DNA from: Eledone cirrhosa
Lineage: Eukaryota
NCBI GenBank assembly: GCA_964016885.1
Contig: OZ024745.1
Location: 13,330,001-13,394,000, forward strand
Reading direction: 5' to 3'
DNA length: 64,000 nucleotides
This document shows, piece by piece, positions 29,481 to 44,354 of the stretch. The translations under genes and the position numbers were made by a program. Every line of letters starts with the position of its first letter. Position 1 is the first letter of the stretch. The notes under the pieces were generated by a model, which did no database searches, was not told the DNA's origin, and was given only the letters and a program-made list of their open reading frames with translations.

Positions 29481-30299
29481 GGTATTTTATATAATTTAGT
29501 TTCAACGTAATATCCATATAGTGTGACTGGCGGATGTTTGCATTCTCTACTAACAATATGTTAAAAAGTTAAGATTCTCAACTATAGAAAACAATGTGAA
29601 ATAAGGAAATATAACTTTAGATAGGTTAGAATATGAGTTGAGATATAAATACAAGTAATAGAATAGAAGGTGAAGAAGAAGAGAGAAGAAATAGAAGGAA
29701 GTAGCTCTCCAAAACATATATCATCATCATTATCATCATCATCGTCATCGTTATCCTCATCATCATCATCTTTGTCATCTTCGTCATCGTTTAACGTCTG
29801 TTGTCCACGCTAGCATGAGTTAGACGAGTTGTCCCACTGTGAGACAATCAGATCAAGTGACTGTGTCTTGATCATACAGAACTAATTAAAGTGTAACTTA
29901 GTAACGGTGGATGATAGAGAAAAAAATAACTGTTTAGAAACCAGCCATAAATTTAGTAAAGACAATGAAAATTAATGATATACAAATATTTTTGTATCAT
30001 TTATAAGGTAGTGTAATCTAAAAATGGAAATAGTGAAATAATTATATCGATAATACTCTCAGGTATAAAACTTAACCATAAAAATACGAAGTAATCCATC
30101 ACAGACAGAATGGGAAAATATGCGATTGTGATAAATAAAATAATGTAAGTATGAACGTCAGTAGTCACAGGGGAAAATAGATACTTTCTCAAAGTTGTTC
30201 TTATATTAGAGAAAAACAAACGTAAATAAAACTATGGAAAAATACAAATAATTGCTTCTAAATTGTTAAATGAAATCAATAAGTAAGAAATATAGCAGA

Positions 30300-31190
30300 A
30301 GTTAAACAACAACAACAAAGAACAAGAATTAACCAAACTAAAAACAAAAGATCCTACCAAATTATTCATAATCTAATGTTAGCAAGAGAGAAGATAATTT
30401 TTTATACAGAACAAACAGTTCAACTGCAAAACTATTTTACAAATAATGAAGTAAATTGAAAATCAATACAGTGCATACACAAGAAATCTGAAAGATCGAC
30501 TACTACGTGTGACAATTGCAATAGCAGAACAAGTTTCAGATACAAAAAGAACACGTGTGTATAAAAACCAACCTCTTTCATATTAGATCTCTTTTATATT
30601 AGAGGATGTCCTCTCTCAACTAGTTTTTTTTACCTACAACACTGGAATTGGATAGAAATGCTATGTAGTACTATCTATTGGCCTCAAGGTGTATGCTGCA
30701 GATGATAAGCAACTAGAAACACCGCTACAAACAGTATACGGATTTACTAGAGGAGTTGATATGGAATTTGGCTACGGAAATTGCAACTTTGAAGATAAAT
30801 AATTTATATGACTAATTTCACGTAAAATAAAGAAGCAGACGAGTATATTAAGTCAAAGACAAAGTTACAAATATCTAGGAATTAATCAACTAGAGTACAG
30901 TATACAGAGATTAACAAAGAGGTTAAGAAGGAATAATATAAACGCTTTAATTAATTCTTCACTCAGAGATAAACACAACAAATATTGTAAAACGTATTAA
31001 TACTTCAGCTGTTTCTGTAAAAAATCATAGTTATAATATTCTTAACTCGACGCTAAAAGAATCAGTTGGAATAGACAAGAAAAGAAGAAAAACTGTAATT
31101 AGAATATATGACCAAAAATCAACAACAAAAAGATTATATTTACGATGAACACAGTGAGATAGGGGTTGTCTGCAACAAGAAAGAATTGCA
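30300..31190 (+). mobile_element. degraded R4/Dong-like non-LTR retrotransposon RT fragment
   Basis: Translates to LKVYAADDKQLETPLQTVYGFTRGVDMEFGYGNC (~30683-30785), QSYKYLGINQ (~30860) and KRLYLR*TQ*DRG (~31130), like LKLYA..MEFGLDKC / YKYLG / RLYLPRxxGGRG of R4-clade RTs. Confidence 0.7.
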
Positions 31191-31534
31191 GCCCAGTGCA
31201 TGTCAGCACATAATTCAACCATGGCATGCCCAGCACTCCACACAGCAGGTGTTGAGAGCAAATAGATCACCTGACTAGTGAAAAGTGTCCTTTCATTCAA
31301 CTCACTCAATTCCCTTCTGACTTGGTTACTTTCATAATACTAACCAACTTGCATTGTACGGCTTTCTATACATACCCACTTTTCATACTCCACAATGTTA
31401 CATGCAAACTATCACACCTTATACATATATATATATGCACACACGCGCGCGCGCGCATATATATATATATAGAGATGATAAATGAAACAAAAACACAGGG
31501 ATACAAAAATATAAAGTCATATTACGTTCACGCT

Positions 31535-31635
<101 letters not shown>

Positions 31636-31639
31636 TAAT

Positions 31640-32530
31640 ATAGAAGAGCTTCTACAGGACTAGAACTGTAAACAGAAATAATAAAGCAAACGACACAGTA
31701 CATGTAGAAATATATTAGTTTAACGCTTGAAAAACAGGAAAAGAGTCTTAACATTTCGGACACTAGTCCTTCATCAGAAGATAGAATGGGAAATTTAAAA
31801 ATTACATATATAGTCTGTAAAGTAGCGAAGATATCTTACCTGGCGCGAGTGGGATGCTATTGCGGGCGGTGTGTTGTCAACGCCTGCAGTCTATCTTAAC
31901 CAATGTGGTGTTGACAATTAGCTACGTTAGAATTCAATAAACAGCAGGGTTTTGTCGTTTGATATTACTATTATAGGAAGTGGAGAGCAGCTGCCTGTAT
32001 CTATTAATGATGTTCAATAAATCTGAGGACTAGTTAGTCGGTGTCTAATAACGGAAGGAAGGATATATAAATGTTTACAGAGGAGTTTGTGTGATATTGG
32101 GGTCGGTGGTGGCGTGCCAAGAATACACATCATCAGTATATACAACCGGCGGCATAAAAGTCTAGCAGTATATCTGTTATTTATGTGTTTACTTCAATAT
32201 AATTCGCTTTCTCATTTATACTTAAAGACTCCATTTTCAGAGTATTTTCTCTCACTGGTTCAGTAAATAAAATATTCATGTAGGGAGTTCTGGCGTATGA
32301 TTTAACTAATTGTATAATGTTAGTCGACTAAAAACTGAAGACAATATGTCTGCTGTTTCTTAAATTTGTTCATTAGGTAAATTGCCTGTACTTCTTAATA
32401 CATGTGTACTTTAACACTTTAGGCTCGGTAGTGTCGACGAAGTGGTTTGGAAGTTACATACCACCACACGTTGTTACGTCCCACAATCATACGAATGAAG
32501 CAGTTCTAGTCCTGTAGGAGACATTTTTAT
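31640..32530 (-). mobile_element. PLE 3' remnant with hammerhead pseudo-LTR
   Basis: Minus-strand pLTR (31645-31800) is homologous to the 52200 and 55692 repeats. The terminal CAGTTCTAGTCCTGTAG motif occurs inverted at both ends, and both ends sit in (TG)/(CA) tracts. Confidence 0.65.
31746..31781 (-). ncRNA. minimal type I hammerhead ribozyme
   Basis: TCTT-CTGATGA-A-GGAC tagt GTCC-GAAA-TGTT-AAGA. Confidence 0.7.
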
Positions 32531-32671
32531 ATAAATTAATTAATGAACACACATACACACACACACACATATATATATATATATTTTATTTTATTTGCGT
32601 TTCAGCTGAGGGGTTAGGGCCATGTTTGGCGCGACGGTCGGGATTTTACATCTCTCTCTTTCTCTCTGGTG

Positions 32672-33188
32672 GATGTGTTGGTATAGTGGTGGAACAACTG
32701 GTGTGGTGGGGCATGTGTTAGTGTAATGGGATATAGGTGTTGGTATAGTGGTGGAACAACTGGTGTGGTGGGGGATGTGTTAGTGTAATGGTATATATAT
32801 GGTGTTGGTATAGTGGTGGAACTACTGGTGTGGTGGGGGATGTGTTAGTGTAATGGTATATAGGTGTTGGTATAGTGGTGGAACTACTGGTGTGGTGGGG
32901 GATGTGTTAGTGTAATGGTATATAGGTGTTGGTATAGTGGTGGAACAACTGGTGTGGTGGGGGATGTGTTAGTGTAATGGTATATAGGTGTTGGTATAGT
33001 GGTGGAACAACTGGTGTGGTGGGGGATGTGTTAGTGTAATGGTATATATATGGTGTTGGTATAGTGGTGGAACTACTGGTGTGGTGGGGGATGTGTTAGT
33101 GTAATGGTATATATATGGTGTTGGTATAGTGGTGGAACTACTGGTGTGGTGGGGGATGTGTTAGTGTAATGGAATATAGGTGTTGGTA
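32672..33188. repeat. 62-bp minisatellite, ~8 copies
   Basis: GGTGTTGGTATAGTGGTGGAAC(A/T)ACTGGTGTGGTGGGGGATGTGTTAGTGTAATGGTATATA at 32801, 32863 and onward; variable TA number. Confidence 0.95.
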
Positions 33189-33259
33189 GCGGTTCTTTGC
33201 TGAGATATGTTTCCGTGTAACCAAGTATAATTGCTTTCTTTCTGTATTTAATAAACGAG

Positions 33260-34280
33260 AGTGGTGGTGGTGGTAGTGATGGTGGTAGTGGTGGTGGTAG
33301 TGACAGTGGTGGTGGTAGTGGCATTGGTGGTGGTAGTGGCAGTGGTGCTGGTGCTGGTGCTGGTGGTGGTGATAGTAGTGGTAGTGGTGGTAGCAGTGGC
33401 AGTGGTGGTGGTGGTGATAGTAGTGGTAGTGGTGGTGGTAGTGGCAGTAGTGATAGTGGCAGTGGTGGTGGCAGTGGAGGTGGGGGAGATTTGTAGAACG
33501 ACTCTTTAACCAAGATCAGACTTGTTAACGAGTTCGTTGTTGTTATAATGTCGTCCTTATTAAGATGAAAGTAAGGAAACTTACAGCAGAGCTAGAGGAC
33601 TGGTGTGTGGTTGTGTAGTGGTGGTGGTGGTGGTGATGGTGTGGTGGTGGTGGTGTAGTGGTGGGGGTGATGGTGGTGGTGGTGGTGGTGGTGGTGGTGG
33701 TGGTGTGGTTGTGTAGTGGTGGTGGTGGTGATGGTGTGGTGGTGGTGTGGTGGTGGTGGTGGTGTGGTGGTGGTGTGGTGGTGGCGGCGGTGGTGGTGGG
33801 GGCGGCGGTGGTGGTTGTGGTGGTGGTGTGATGTTGGTGGTGGTGGTGGTGGTTGTGTTGTGATGGTGATGGTGGTGGTGTGGTAGTGGTAGTGGTTGTG
33901 GTGGTGGTGGTGGTGGTGGTGGTAGGGTGGTGGTGGTGCTGGTGATGGCGGTGTGGTGGTGGTGGTGTGGTGGTATGGAGGTGGTGTGTGGTATGGTGTA
34001 GTGTGGTGGTGGTGATGGTGTGGTGGTGGAGTGGTGGTGGTGGTGTGGTGGTGGTGTGGTGGTATGGAGGTGGTGTGTGGTATGGTGTGGTGTGGTGGTG
34101 GTGATGGTGTGGTGGTGGAGTGGTGGTGGTGTGGTGGTGTGGTGTGTGGTGGTGGTGGTAGTGGTGGTTGTGTGTGGTATGTGGTGCGGTGGTAGCGGTG
34201 TGGTGTGGGTATGATGGTGTAGTGGTGGTGGTGGTGGTGGTGTAGTGGTGGTGTAGTGGTGGTGGTGATGTGTGGTATGA
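33260..34280. repeat. (GGT)n/(GT) low-complexity tracts
   Basis: 33260-33485 and 33600-34280 consist of degenerate GGT/AGT triplets. Confidence 0.95.
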
Positions 34281-34471
34281 GTACGAATGGTGTTAGTGAG
34301 ATACAGGGCGAAGTAAACTAGGATGTATTAGTTATTAAAATAAAGGAGTTGACAAACTCAGCTTCTGTGTCAATATAAATATATTCGAAGCTATATTTTT
34401 ATATACATTAGATGCCCTATTTTTACTGATACTAAATATATTATATGCATATTATATCCATTTATATATTG

Positions 34472-34960
34472 TTATACTTGGTAAGGGTCATATTGTTATA
34501 ATAATATTGCCAGAATTAATAACAGAACACACTCACTGTTTGGTTGGTTTTCGCTTCTGTATCTTTTATATCAGTTAATTTATTCGGTCCTCAATGTTTA
34601 CGATTGACTGACCAACGGTTAATATAGACACAAACACATATATATAGTCTAACAAAGTTCTTTCGTTGCACATCTGCAACATCGTCAGTGGTGCTATTAT
34701 GTTCCTCCTGTTGTATTGTATATTTACGCCATCTTTATTTAATCTGTTTATTTATATATTTATTTATTTATTTATTTTTGTCTTCTCTGCGCATGCGTTT
34801 GCGTGTGTGTATAGTGTTTGGTGTGTGTTCGCGTTTGGGTGACTGTGTTTTGGTTCTTGTATTCTATCTTAGTTTACATGTGTTTGTTGTTATTGTGCTT
34901 GTGTATATATTTATGTATTTATTTTTATTTCTCTAAGGTCAGTATTGTTTGTTTGGGTGT
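34472..34960 (-). repeat. 3' pseudo-LTR of PLE
   Basis: Direct repeat of 36684-37195 (shared TTGCCAGAA.TAATAACAGAACACACTCACTGTTTGGTTGG and TCTCTGCGCATGCGTTTGCGTG). Confidence 0.85.
34650..34693 (-). ncRNA. minimal type I hammerhead ribozyme in pLTR
   Basis: Minus strand: CACCA-CTGACGA-T-GTTGCA gatg TGCAAC-GAAA-GAACTT-TGTTA; stem I is weak. Confidence 0.65.
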
Positions 34961-35083
34961 TGTTATTCCATTCCTTTTTTCTGTTTAGCTTTGGCCTTCT
35001 AAGTTCTATTTCGCTGGCCTCTCTGATTTGCCTACCTGCTGGGTCATTTCTATGTTTAGATATTATTTTAATTTCTATGTTGT

Positions 35084-36650
35084 CTATGTTACCGTCATGT
35101 TGTCTGAACCGCTTTTTCGTCCTTTTAGTTCCCCCCAGTGTTGGTCTATCCTTTCACCTATGCTACCAGCTGTCTCGCCTATGTATGTTGTTGTCATGTT
35201 TCTGTAAGTACCCTCTGTACATCTTATGCTATAGACTACGTTTCTAGTTTTACAGTTTATCCGGGGGTTTACTTTACATATAATACATTTCCTATTAGTA
35301 CAGTGGGTTTTCTTAAAAGGGTATTTTTTGCTGATCAGAGATTTTATGGTAGTTCCTGGCTTTTCTACCACCTTAATATTTAAGTGGGTCTTTCTCAGGG
35401 CCTTTCTACACTGGTTAGCTAATTTCCCACCAGGCGTAGCGTCCACGAACATGACGCTCTGGTATCTCTGGTTGTCGTACCATGAGGTGGCTTTCCCTAT
35501 CTTATGTTTAGTCCTATCTAAGCTGTTCCATGATTTGCTACTGTATAGTGGGCAAATTCCTTTCATGTCCAGTTCTATGAGGGTCTTATACTTCTCCATG
35601 GCTCCTTCGTATACTCTGATTCTGTCTCTTTGGTTGTAGCCAGAGAACTGCATGCGGCTGATGAAGTGTTGGATGTGTCTTTCCATTTCTGTTGGATCGC
35701 ACATGCGGGACACGTTCTTCATCACTCGTACCAAATCTGCGATCAGAATATTAAACTTAGCACTAGTGGACATTGTCGAGTTTTTGAGTATCAGGTATTT
35801 GGAGGCCATGGGTTTAGCGTAGTGTGAGTGGAGAATTTGGGCCCTCTCGTCTATAGTGTTAATTCAGAGTTCCGTGTCTAATACAGGTAGTCTACTGTTA
35901 GGGTGTTTGGAAGGGAAGTCGATAGTTACAGTTATACTCTGGGGTATGGAATTAGCTATCTGCTGGATTCTTTCCATTGTGCTACATTCTAAATAATACT
36001 TGTTAGTACTCTCTTGTGGGGGTGTTCTTATTACTATATTAATGTCGTCTACGTAACGAGAGTACATGATGAGGTCTATGGAGCTCTCATCAAGGAGATC
36101 TTTGAGTCTCCTTTCCCGCCATACCATAAAAAGGTTGGCAACGTCACCAGCTAGGCTGACGCCAATGGCTGCTCCCTCATTTTGGGCGTAGATCTTCTCG
36201 TTGAATTTGAATATGAGGCCCTTTAGGGTAGTTTTAATACTAGCCCCTATTGCATGTGTGACCATTTTTCTTACCTGATCATTGTTTTTGGTGGTCCGTA
36301 TGGCTTTGGTCCACCCAATCCACTTTCCCATGGGAGTCGTTTTTGCCATTGAGGTTTTGGTGGGGGGTTCTACCTCTTATGGGTCTACTGGGGCAGAAAC
36401 GGCTAAGGTCATGGCTGTCTAGGTAGTCAGTGTCATAGGTAAGTCTAAGTAGGAGGCCCAGTTCGTCTGTGTCGACGTCGCAGAACTCCACCTCACTCTC
36501 ACTGATCATCTCCACACATTTTTCCACAGCAAAATCAGTGTTAATGGATGGGTATAGTGATACCACGTCCATACTGCCTATTATGCAGTTAGATAGGTTT
36601 TTGTTTTTGTTGCACTCATTGATTCTGTTGAGGAGGTCCTCTGTACTGTA
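35084..36650 (-). pseudogene. Penelope-like element RT + GIY-YIG endonuclease; 5'-truncated, with a frameshift and an in-frame stop
   Basis: Motifs SMDVVSLYPSI, YAQNEGAAIG..LAGDVANLFM, RYVDDI, LPVLD, then C-C..C linker and NVVYSIRC...YIGET...ERIDQH. Frameshift near 36350; TGA at 35864 in frame with the downstream ORF. Confidence 0.93.
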
Positions 36651-36655
36651 CAAAT

Positions 36656-37358
<703 letters not shown>

Positions 37359-37846
37359 TATACAATAAAGTATGTCCAATGAATCATTTGATAAGATATA
37401 TACACCATCTCCTCTCCCAATAAGCATAATCAACCACACAAAAAAACAATTAAACCAGGCTATAAGATTAAAAGGCACCTATGAAGAAATAATAGATAAA
37501 TAAACGACAGCCATCTATTCGCGATCAACAGCTATAGAATATTTACCCAGCATTTCAATAGCACGTGGAAACGTAATCTTGGTATGTTTATATACATTTT
37601 TTCTTCTAACTTTAATTTTATACCTAATTGTGTATGGTTGACGATATTGAAATGCTGGGTAAATATTCTATAGCTGTTGATCGCGAATAGATGGCTGTCG
37701 TTTATTTATCTATTATTTCTTCATAGGTGCCTTTTAATCTTATAGCCTGGTTTAATTGTATTTTTGTGTGGTTGATTATGCTGATTGGGAGAGGAGATGG
37801 TGTATATATCTTATCAAATGATTCTATGGACATACTTTATAGTATA
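37359..37846. repeat. long near-perfect inverted repeat (~200-bp arms)
   Basis: 37359-37560 is the reverse complement of 37645-37846 with few mismatches; bounded by (TA)n. Confidence 0.95.
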
Positions 37847-37948
37847 TTGCTCTGATTATTCAATTAATTAATTCGTCATTGAGCCACATCGTGAATGGTT
37901 GCCAAAAACATATATATATATATCTATGACTTTGTATATGTAAATCTT

Positions 37949-37989
<41 letters not shown>

Positions 37990-38226
37990 TGTGTGTGTGT
38001 GTGCATGTTATATAATAGATATGCTACGATATATTTATATTTACTAGATATAGTACATTTCAGTATAATTACATATACTATATATATGTGTGTGCATAAT
38101 AGTTATACGACATGTATATGGCATATAAAAGGCTCGCGGGCGACATCTCAACTGCTTTCAACTATGAAATTACCTGTTGATGAGATATTTAAAGAGTCCC
38201 AGGAGGAGGAGGAGGAGGAGGAGGAG

Positions 38227-38312
<86 letters not shown>

Positions 38313-38611
38313 AATAACAAATATAGTCTCAATTTTAAAACCCAAACAGTATTTTAATATATTTAGCAAAATTCTAAGTCTATAAAATGAAAGATTCGTT
38401 ATTTTCCCTGCACACACCACCCACTTAGTCTATATATATATACATACACTTACGCAGTTGAGGTTAAACTCTATACTATATATGAACTGATATGAATTTA
38501 ACGTATGTTTCGGTTGTTAATGTATAAATGCGTATATTAATGTACACATTAAATATATAGACAAATAAACACGACAGATTTACATACTTCTTCAAGGTAG
38601 TAGTAGTAGTT

Positions 38612-38679
<68 letters not shown>

Positions 38680-39164
38680 AGAACTCTTGTATATTTTGTT
38701 TTTCTTCATAACATTACCAGTTCCTAGATACACTAAGTGGTTGTCCCTATCAAAGAGAAGAATTATGTGGGACGAAGTAAAGTGAGGTGTTTGAAGACCC
38801 TGACAAAACAAGCCCCTATCTCTCACTATAAGTAAATTGAGGCCCACTATGAAGTATGACAAATTTCTTCGTTTCATTAAAGCTAAATCAGGGCCTATGA
38901 TGGCCTCTCAAGGTAACGAAAACACACATCTATGGGGTAAGACCAAGGATCAACCAGCCCTGCTCCGACAGAACATCAACGTAGGGTGTAGTGGCATCTC
39001 TTCTCGAATCATACACACACACATATATATGTGTGTGTGTGTGTGTGTGTGCGTGTGTGTGTGTGCTGTAATCAATATAATCGTTTGATCTCATGCTTGG
39101 CTACAGTTCAATAATTGAAACTTGTATTTCACCCTTCTCCATATACCTACGCAAACACATATAC

Positions 39165-39266
<102 letters not shown>

Positions 39267-39599
39267 ATAATAATAAATTTGAAGACTAAAATCCAAAGAG
39301 GGTTCGATAAAGATAAATTTGTTTCAGAAGATCCCGTTAAGGGTGAAAGCAGCGATTCTTTGCTTAAATTTTAATCTGTTATTTATATATATATATATAC
39401 ACTAGGGGAAATATTCGTGTTTTTCTCACACGACTGATCATCGACCAGTTTTATATAGATTTTCATTAATTGTAGATGAATTAGTTGAGAGGACTGAACT
39501 GAAACAACATGTCTGTAAGGTATACCGTTGACTAGTTAGAAATACACAACGTTGTTTGGATTTTATAACAATCCAATAGAAAACGGGTTGACATGGGGC

Positions 39600-39892
39600 G
39601 ATAACTCCTGATAGGAGCGCCGTTTTGACATGCAGCTTTTTAAACCTAGCGGAGACCATCTCCTCTCCAGGTCTGAACACAGCAGATTTTTCTTCAAAAG
39701 GAGGATAGAGGGAGTGAGAGAGAATGGAAGAGAAAAAGCGATATAGAGGAAGAATCGATCCCAGTGCTTGACTGGTACTTTTTTTATCGAATGGATGAAA
39801 GACAAAATTGACCTTGGCAGAATTTGAACTGAGAGAGGAGAGAACCGAAACCAATACCGCTAGGCACTCTATCCGACGTCCTAATGACTCCA
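39600..39892 (-). mobile_element. extended SINE copy (homologous to ~50870-51080)
   Basis: SINE core TGACTGGTACTTTTTTTATCG..GGATGAAAG..GAATTTGAACT plus shared extension TTGACATGCA..TTTAAACCT..GCAGATTT. Confidence 0.65.
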
Positions 39893-41382
39893 AAAACAAA
39901 CTAAAAGATTGTAAATTTCTCCCAAAGCTGCTTTCTTACGGAGATAATATTCACTGAACTTCAGTCCCTGTGGAAGAATGTTTTTGATATTTCCGATGTT
40001 TATGTTCATAGAGTCAGAGCGAATTTTAGTTACAGTGCTTAATTTCCTGCAGAAGTTCAGGGAGGAATGCTGATATATTGTGTGTAGGAGCGGACATTGT
40101 TGGAGGTGACAGCAAGTAGGTGACATCAAAGAGGAATAGTGTGAGGTGTAAATAGGATATTTTTGTTTTGTGTTTTAATTTTCCGATCGTCAGAACGAAC
40201 CAAGAAAACAATGTTTCCATTGGTCTTTCCATTGATGATACTATCTGTCAGTCGTAACTCCTGGCAGAAGGAACAACATAAAATAGAATATTTTGTTCAA
40301 GAACACAACAGACCCCGCTCCAGGAACTGAGCCCACGACCGTATTACCATTAGTTCAACACCCTAACCACTAGAGAAGTGTAGCAAAGACTATAGTTCAT
40401 AAAGTGTGGATCAGAGAGAGAGAGAGGGGGGAGGGCTCTGTCTGCATAAACGCCAGGATCTATGCTAGTCGTCAAAATCCTTGATTCATATACGAGTACA
40501 TAACATTAAGTCTATTTACAGTTTTGTACGGAAGTCGATAAAATATCTTGTGATAGTGGTAAGAAACTCCCAGGAGAGTTGGTCAACAGCGGTCTTCAGA
40601 TAAGAAAGTCCCCTCACCAAACAAGTGTTTTGGCCCTTCCGAAATATGATATAATTATAAAAAGAAATAGAACAGAAACAAAAGAGATGTACTTAGAAAG
40701 CGGTGAAAGAACTTTGAAAACTGAAACAGAAATAGAAGTTTCGCCGTAACCTTTGACTAAATAATATAGCCTTAACAACGGGGTATTTCAGTTTAAAACA
40801 GAAACAATATAAGCCTGAAATTCAATGTCATAATTGTATAAAATAAGTATTCTTTGTATGACATGAACATGTTAATTGATTTCAGTTAAGTTACTTTACT
40901 GGAGATAACAAATGTATATTGGTGAGTTATTGATAAGGCAGAACAAAAGAGAAGTGAATTATAATAGACGTCAATGTGTAATCTGTTACATAATCTCCCA
41001 TTATTGCTAACCTGAGCATCAATAGATACCTTAACTAACGTTAATATTTACACGTGTCTGATCCTGTTACCATAATTGTGATAGTTAATTAATTCATCCG
41101 AAATAACGACAACCACCGTAACGAATAACTTCCGACGAGTCTATTTACTAACACGGTTGAGATCACTTTGTCACTTGTAATCGTTCCACTTCAGTGGCAC
41201 CACTAATAACTTTAGAGAAAGACACACACGCACACATGTATGTGTGTATGTATATATATATAGAGAGAGAGAGATATACACACACATGCACACGCACACA
41301 CATATACACATATATATGTATGTGTGTGTATATATATATATATATATGTACCCCCCCCCCCCACACACACACACATATATAT

Positions 41383-41740
41383 ATATACAATTATATCTAT
41401 ATAAATAGTAAGTAGGTAACGCAAACTGCACCAATGTATATATAAATATGCTCATATCTAATATGTAGGCATGTAAATATGGTAGAAAATACGAATTTTC
41501 CTGTAAATCGATAAAATGTTAAACATCTTTAATGGATTTCGGATCTAATTGAGCCCTCAACAGGAGTGTATATCATCCAAACAATTGCAAGAAGACATGT
41601 ATTTGATTTATATACCCATTACAGGGAAATCGATATTTTCTGGTATATTTACATGCCTATATATTAGATATGTTCATATTTTTGTACACATTGGTACAGT
41701 CTCGGTTACACACTCTGTATTTATACAGATATAATTTTAT
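41383..41740. repeat. diverged inverted repeat
   Basis: CATATCTAATATGTAGGCATGTAAATAT (~41453) vs ATATTTACATGCCTATATATTAGATATG (~41645); arms ~140 bp. Confidence 0.8.
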
Positions 41741-41920
41741 CGTACACTTCGGCGGGCGCACTTCTGCGGCATATCACAAAAATCGGTTTTCATCTGAAGA
41801 TACCATTCACATAACAACAACTGATGCACAAATTTCATTTTGGATTGCATAAGAAAACCGTTGAAATAATTTTTATGAATAATCGATTTATGTAACATCA
41901 CCATCTTTCTTAATGTTATT

Positions 41921-42026
<106 letters not shown>

Positions 42027-42073
42027 AATGAAAGGTATAGAAATCATTGTAGCAAAAAGCCAACAGTATTCCA

Positions 42074-42160
<87 letters not shown>

Positions 42161-42294
42161 TGGAAAATGTGTGAGATCCTTGGTAGAGTTAGGTATATTT
42201 GAAAAAGAAAGGAATAGAATGACTTCACCTGTAGTGTTAAAACATTTTTGATTTAATTTTTTTTATATTATAATATTATGAGTTGGTAGATCTA

Positions 42295-42350
<56 letters not shown>

Positions 42351-42576
42351 TAATAAAAACAATGAATAAAAACAAAGAACAAGTTCCTTATATTAAAAAA
42401 TTCATCATTTTACGATCGTTTCTAGGACATATATGTGTGTTGGTATGTATATCATATAGATCTATGTAAAAATATTACAAACTATCAGAAGAAATATACA
42501 TACCTTCACATATATATGCTGTCTTCAGAAATGATGACATTTGTTTATTGAAAAAAACCAACAAAGATTTAATATA

Positions 42577-42937
42577 AGGTAGAAACATGTGCTTATGCCA
42601 TAGTTCACTAAATAGAATCAGTCTGTTAGCTGGGATTTAAAAAACCCTCTGAATGGAAAAAGGATGAGTATTGACGTAGATGGGACAATCTTTGTTTGCC
42701 AGACCAATGTGTTACCAATACACCACCCATGCTTCCTTCCATTCAATTGGAAGCTATATAACCACAGCAGATATATATATGTATATAAATAGGTAACATA
42801 TTGGTCCGGCAAACCAGAGATGTCGGTTCGTGTCCCATGTACGCCAATACTCATACTTTTTTCCATTCAGAGGAGTTTTTAAAAAAAATCCCTGATTCTA
42901 TTTAGTCAAATACGGCGTAAGCACATGTTACTACCTA
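42577..42937. repeat. inverted pair of tRNA-headed elements
   Basis: 42577-42730 vs 42790-42937 are inverted. A-box-like TGGTGTATTGG on the minus arm; B-box-like GGTTCGTGTCC at ~42825. Confidence 0.7.
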
Positions 42938-43117
42938 ATTTTCAAATTCGCTAGCCCTTTCTAAACAAAGTCGGCTATGTGTCTCCCTATTTATATACAT
43001 ATATATATACCTGCTACATACACACACGCATTAACATCCATACCTACATACCTACATACATGCATGCATTAACATCCACACCTACATACATGTAATAACA
43101 TCCATCGGTCCATACAT

Positions 43118-43935
43118 ATATGGATTGCAGCGTCTTCACAGACGATTGCCGCCACTCATTGATTCTTCGTTATCATCCCATCTGTGTCCATGACTTCGTA
43201 GATGACTTTGTAAGCCTGCTGTAGATCTGCATGGGCATGACACAGGTGACAGAAGAGAGTTGTGCTTTCCACAAGACCGGTGGTGTCACCCCGTGGGACA
43301 CAATCTTTATGTACCATCACGTGTTTTTTTAGTCCAGAACTAGTTCTACACACTTTGTTGTATATCACGCATGTGGTTCACCAGGACATTGTTGAGTGGT
43401 GTTGTGGGTGGTTATCCTTTCATGTGACTTCAGGTGATTAACATAACCAACTTTGTGAGGAGCACACGCTGACAGAAATTGCATATCCAACTACTGATGA
43501 CTTCATCAAGACTCTGAGTACAGCCCTTCCGGAGCTGATGCTTCAGTTGTTTATGTTCCAGTTGACATTCTTAAAAGTTTTGCAACTGCCCTTTATGCGC
43601 TTTCTCCACTCAGCCCTATTTAGAGCTATCTCCTAACAGTTGTCTATATCAAATGCCAGCTCTTTGAGATTGTTCTTGATGCTGTCCTTGAACCCCATTT
43701 TCGGTTTGTGTTGAGGCCTTTTTCGATGATAGAGCTCACCGTAAACAGTTGCCTCGGGATCCTGCTTTCTTTCATGCAAACGATATGTCCTGTCCAGCGC
43801 ATTTGAGAAGATGTTACTTAGGACTCAATGCTTGGTCATTCTGCTTTGATAAGGACATGGATGTCAGGAGCTCTATCTTGCTACTTGATGTTGAATATAC
43901 GTCTTAAACATTTCTGCTGAAAACTCTCAAGCAAA
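43118..43935 (-). mobile_element. RTE/BovB-like LINE 3' fragment with C2H2 zinc-finger remnants
   Basis: LLESFQQKCLRRIFNIK, RWTGHIVCMKESRIP, RPQHKPKMGFKDSIKNNLKE..NRAEWR, CRTSSGLKKHVMVH; flanked by (TACA)n. Confidence 0.85.
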
Positions 43936-44316
43936 ATACATACATGTAATAACATACATACATACATACATACATACATACATACATACATACATACATA
44001 CATACATACATACATACATACATACATAGTCTACAAATGGCTGCGATAGCTGGCACCTTCAAAATTTGCAAAACATTCTTGCGATTCAAGGGATGACAAT
44101 TTCTTTTCTTTTACAACCTTGCCACCAGGAAGGTGGCCGGTCAAAAAAAATGTACTCGAAATTAAGAGAAAGAGATAAACATACATACATACATACATAC
44201 ATACAGATTGATATAAATTATTACATAGAGGGTGTTTAAATTACAATAGAAGAATCTTATTCCTGGGTTAACAACCGACTCTCTCTCTCTTTCCCTCCCT
44301 CTTTCTCCCCCCCCCC

Positions 44317-44354
<38 letters not shown>

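Noticed and set aside
33073-33513. Proline-rich extensin/formin-like protein
   Set aside because: Derived from a GGT triplet tract plus the 62-bp minisatellite; no splice or domain support.
35864-35866. In-frame TGA as selenocysteine (reported for some Naiad PLEs)
   Set aside because: Context LDTEL*I is normally Trp (TGG->TGA); the copy is also frameshifted and no SECIS was recognised.
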